This document shows positions 17,777 through 20,314 of a stretch of 20,314 bases of DNA, piece by piece. Numbering within the stretch: position 1 is the stretch's first letter; each line of letters opens with the position of its first letter. The notes under the pieces are model-generated. The model worked only from the letters and a program-made list of their open reading frames with translations. It made no database searches and was not told the origin of the DNA. The position numbers and the translations under genes were made by a program. The DNA comes from Octopus sinensis (lineage: Eukaryota): contig NW_021824087.1 of assembly GCF_006345805.1 (NCBI RefSeq), forward strand, positions 1 to 20,314. The letters are read 5' to 3'.

Positions 17777-17810
<34 letters not shown>

Positions 17811-18026
17811 GCACATATGTATATGCATGGGTACACACAAACACAAATTTATTCTTGAAAATTTTGACTGTTTATGTATGTAAGCGGTCAATATATATGT
17901 GCATGTACGTGTGTGTGTGTGTGTGTGTGTGTGTTGTCATCTTTGTCATCATCATTTTATGGTCAGTATTATTTATCTTGCTCATGCAACAATAAAAGCA
18001 CGGCCAGCTTTGGTGGGGGTGTTTAC

Positions 18027-18079
18027 CTGACAGTGGGGACTTGGTATGTTTTCTCATGCCATTGACACCAGAGAGATTG
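18027..18079 (-). CDS. Candidate 53-nt exon, copy 2 in transcript order
   Basis: Minus strand TTCTGTTTTGGCCTCCTCGAATGCAG|CAATCT...CTGTCAG|GTAAAC. Phase-0 frame QSLWCQWHEKTYQVPTV+AG. Identical to 19452-19504. Confidence 0.4.
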
Positions 18080-18203
18080 CTGCATTCGAGGAGGCCAAAA
18101 CAGAACCCTCTCAATCAGTTTTTAGTCAAAGTTCTTGCCCTCTTTGAGAGCTAATAGAAAAATGCAGCTTGTAAACTCCAAGACTCGATCATACGTTCCA
18201 TCA

Positions 18204-18410
18204 AGCTGGCGGAATCGTTAGCATACCAGGCAAAATGCTTAAAGGCATTTCATTTGTCCTTGTTCTGAGTTCAAATTCCACCAAAGTCTTCTTTGCCTTT
18301 CCTACTTTCGGGGTTATTAAAATAAGTACCAGTTGAGCACTGGGGTTGATGCAATCAACTTACACCCTCCTCTGAAATCCCTGGCATCATGCCAAAATTT
18401 GAAACCATTT
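18204..18410 (+). mobile_element. Nin/Deu-domain-type tRNA SINE (family B)
   Basis: Head AGCTGGCGGAATCGTTAGCA, B box GAGTTCAAATTCC, central TTTGCCTTTC.T.CTTTCGGGGT.A.TAAAATAAGTACCAG resembling the Nin/Deu core from memory. Confidence 0.7.
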
Positions 18411-18441
18411 TAAGGTGGCGAACTACAAAATTGTAAACATA

Positions 18442-18857
18442 GGCGCAGGAGTGGCTGTGTGGTAAGTAGATTGCTAACCAACAACATGGTTCCGGGTTCA
18501 ATCCCACTGCGTGGCATCTTGGGCAAGTGTCTTCTGCTATAGCCCCGGGCCGACCAATGCCTTGTGAGTGGATTTGGTAGACGGAAACTGAAAGAAGCCT
18601 GTCGTATATATGTATATATATATATGTATGTGTGTGTGTTTGTGTGTCTGTGTTTGTTCCCCTAGCATTGCTTGACAACCGATGCTGGTGTGTTTACGTC
18701 CCCGTCACTTAGCGGTTCGGCAAAAAGAGACCGATAGAATAAGTACTGGCCTTACAAAAAGAATAAGTCCCGGGGTCGAGTTGTTCAACTAAAGGCGGTG
18801 CTCCAGCATGGTCGCAGTCAAATGACTGAAACAAGTAAAAGAGTAAAAAGAAAGAGT
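18442..18857 (+). mobile_element. Full-length family A tRNA-derived SINE, nested in a family B head
   Basis: A box TGGCTGTGTGG 18452-18462, B box GGTTCAATCCC 18495-18505, central microsatellite, tail GTAAAAGAGTAAAAAGAAAGAGT. Confidence 0.9.
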
Positions 18858-19186
18858 ATGATGAGGAAAATGTTCAGGGGCATTTTATCCAATTTTACAT
18901 TCTAAGTTCAAATACTGCTGGGGTCAGCTTTGCCATTCATCCTTTCATGTTCAATAAATTAAGTACCAGCTGAGCACTGGGCTCAATGTAAGTGCGAATA
19001 TAATTAACAAAATGCTCAGTGGCATTTTGTCTGACTTTACATTTTGAGTTCAAATGCAACTGGAGTCAATTTGGCCATTCGTCCTTCCATGGTTGATAGA
19101 TTAAGTCCCATCTGAGCACTGGGGTCAATCTAATCGACTTGATCTCACCCCCAGAATTGGTGACCTTGAGCAAAAATTTGTAACCA
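18858..19186 (+). mobile_element. Two further diverged family B SINE copies (18858-18990 continuing the head at 18412-18441; 19008-19186)
   Basis: Repeated AAAATG(C/T)TCAG.GGCATTT...(A/G)AGTTCAAAT...GCCATTC.TCCTT.CATG.T..ATA.ATTAAGT.CCA.CTGAGCACTGGG. Confidence 0.65.
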
Positions 19187-19230
19187 GTATATGAGAAGAA
19201 AAGATGTCAGATTCTGAGAGGAGGATATAT

Positions 19231-19385
19231 GTTTCTTCATTGCCCACAAGGGGCTAAACACAGAGGGGACAAACAAGGACAGACAAAGGGATTAAGTCGA
19301 TTACATCAACCCCAGTGCAAAACTGGTACTTTATTTATTGAGCCTGAAAGGATGAAAGGCAAAGTTGACCTCGGCGGAATTTGAA
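19231..19385 (-). mobile_element. Family B SINE 3' part, inverted, different tail
   Basis: The + strand GTACT.TATTTATTGAGCCTGAAAGGATGAAAGGCAAAGTTGACCTCGGCGGAATTTGAA is the reverse complement of the family B core. Confidence 0.7.
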
Positions 19386-19451
19386 AGGAGATGATCTGAT
19401 GTTACTGGGTTTAAAGATTGTCTCTATTCTCTATTAGGTGGCGGTGTTTAC

Positions 19452-19504
19452 CTGACAGTGGGGACTTGGTATGTTTTCTCATGCCATTGACACCAGAGAG
19501 ATTG
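19452..19504 (-). CDS. Candidate 53-nt exon, copy 1 in transcript order
   Basis: Minus strand TTCTGTTTTGGTCTCCTCAAATGTAG|CAATCT...CTGTCAG|GTAAAC. AG retained despite the C/T change; exon body identical to 18027-18079. Confidence 0.4.
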
Positions 19505-19899
19505 CTACATTTGAGGAGACCAAAACAGAACCCTCTCAATCAGTTTTTAGTTGAAGTTCTTGCCATACAGGGAAATGTTTAAAAAAGTATCTTGGACACC
19601 AGATAATGAGGTTGTCTCTGTAGTATGTATCAAGATATCCTGGAGAAGACACAAGGAAGTGTAACATTTGAAGGTGCTGAGGTGTTTAGGGGTACATGCC
19701 ATCACAAATCATGCTGGCGGTGTGTATTTACATGTTTGGAGGTATGTGTGTGTCTATGTGTGTATATGTATGAATACATATAAATGTATGTATGTATATA
19801 TATATGGTATAATAATACATGTATATATAGATATATATACAACACATGACCCACACACACACACAAAATGGGGTTAAGATAGCCGAGTTGTTAAAAAAC

Positions 19900-19918
19900 T
19901 GTGTGTGTATATATATAT

Positions 19919-19952
<34 letters not shown>

Positions 19953-19994
19953 ATATACATTCCATCAAGCTGGCGGAATCGTTAGCATACCAGG

Positions 19995-20049
<55 letters not shown>

Positions 20050-20235
20050 GTATATATATATATATATATATACATATATGTATAGCTAGATTATATAAAA
20101 ATAAAGATTCTTTGAACCTCTTCTCTAAACCCTTCATACCAGTAAAGGAATACACAAAATAAGCATGCAGTGTGTACATACACACTCATAAATATTTGCA
20201 TGATTGTATCTCTCTGTCAATCAATCCATGAATAC

Positions 20236-20314
<79 letters not shown>
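19900..20314 (+). repeat. (AT)n microsatellite tracts
   Basis: Directly visible (19900-20085, 20235-20314). Confidence 0.95.

Overview
Eukaryotic, AT-rich, extremely repeat-dense window with no complete protein-coding gene. The SINE/LINE families match, from memory, those of Octopus (coleoid cephalopod) genomes; the taxon is an inference. Almost all ORFs in the supplied track are translations of microsatellites. Best-supported element: a young, 5'-truncated R4/Dong-clade non-LTR retrotransposon (RT 3' half, CCHC knuckle, restriction-like endonuclease; 2199-3845) inside a (TAA)n microsatellite. Other content: four copies of a tRNA-derived SINE (one flanked by a ~185-bp direct duplication), a cluster of Nin/Deu-domain-type SINEs, several RTE 3'-end fragments (two tail-to-tail inverted), a CR1/L2-group 3' fragment, a mariner-like MITE and several tandem arrays (30, 41, ~218 and ~230 bp units). 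Less ordinary observations: (i) short minus-strand segments with clean splice signals that can be joined in phase, including a 53-nt candidate exon present twice (18027-18079, 19452-19504), suggesting the window is intronic in a large minus-strand gene; (ii) an old ~330-350-bp tandem duplication (11127-11807) with codon-phased divergence but no clean ORF; (iii) a 38-nt locally templated insertion in an (AT)n tract. I cannot support a novel multi-gene system here. The exon model is a hypothesis needing RNA-seq.
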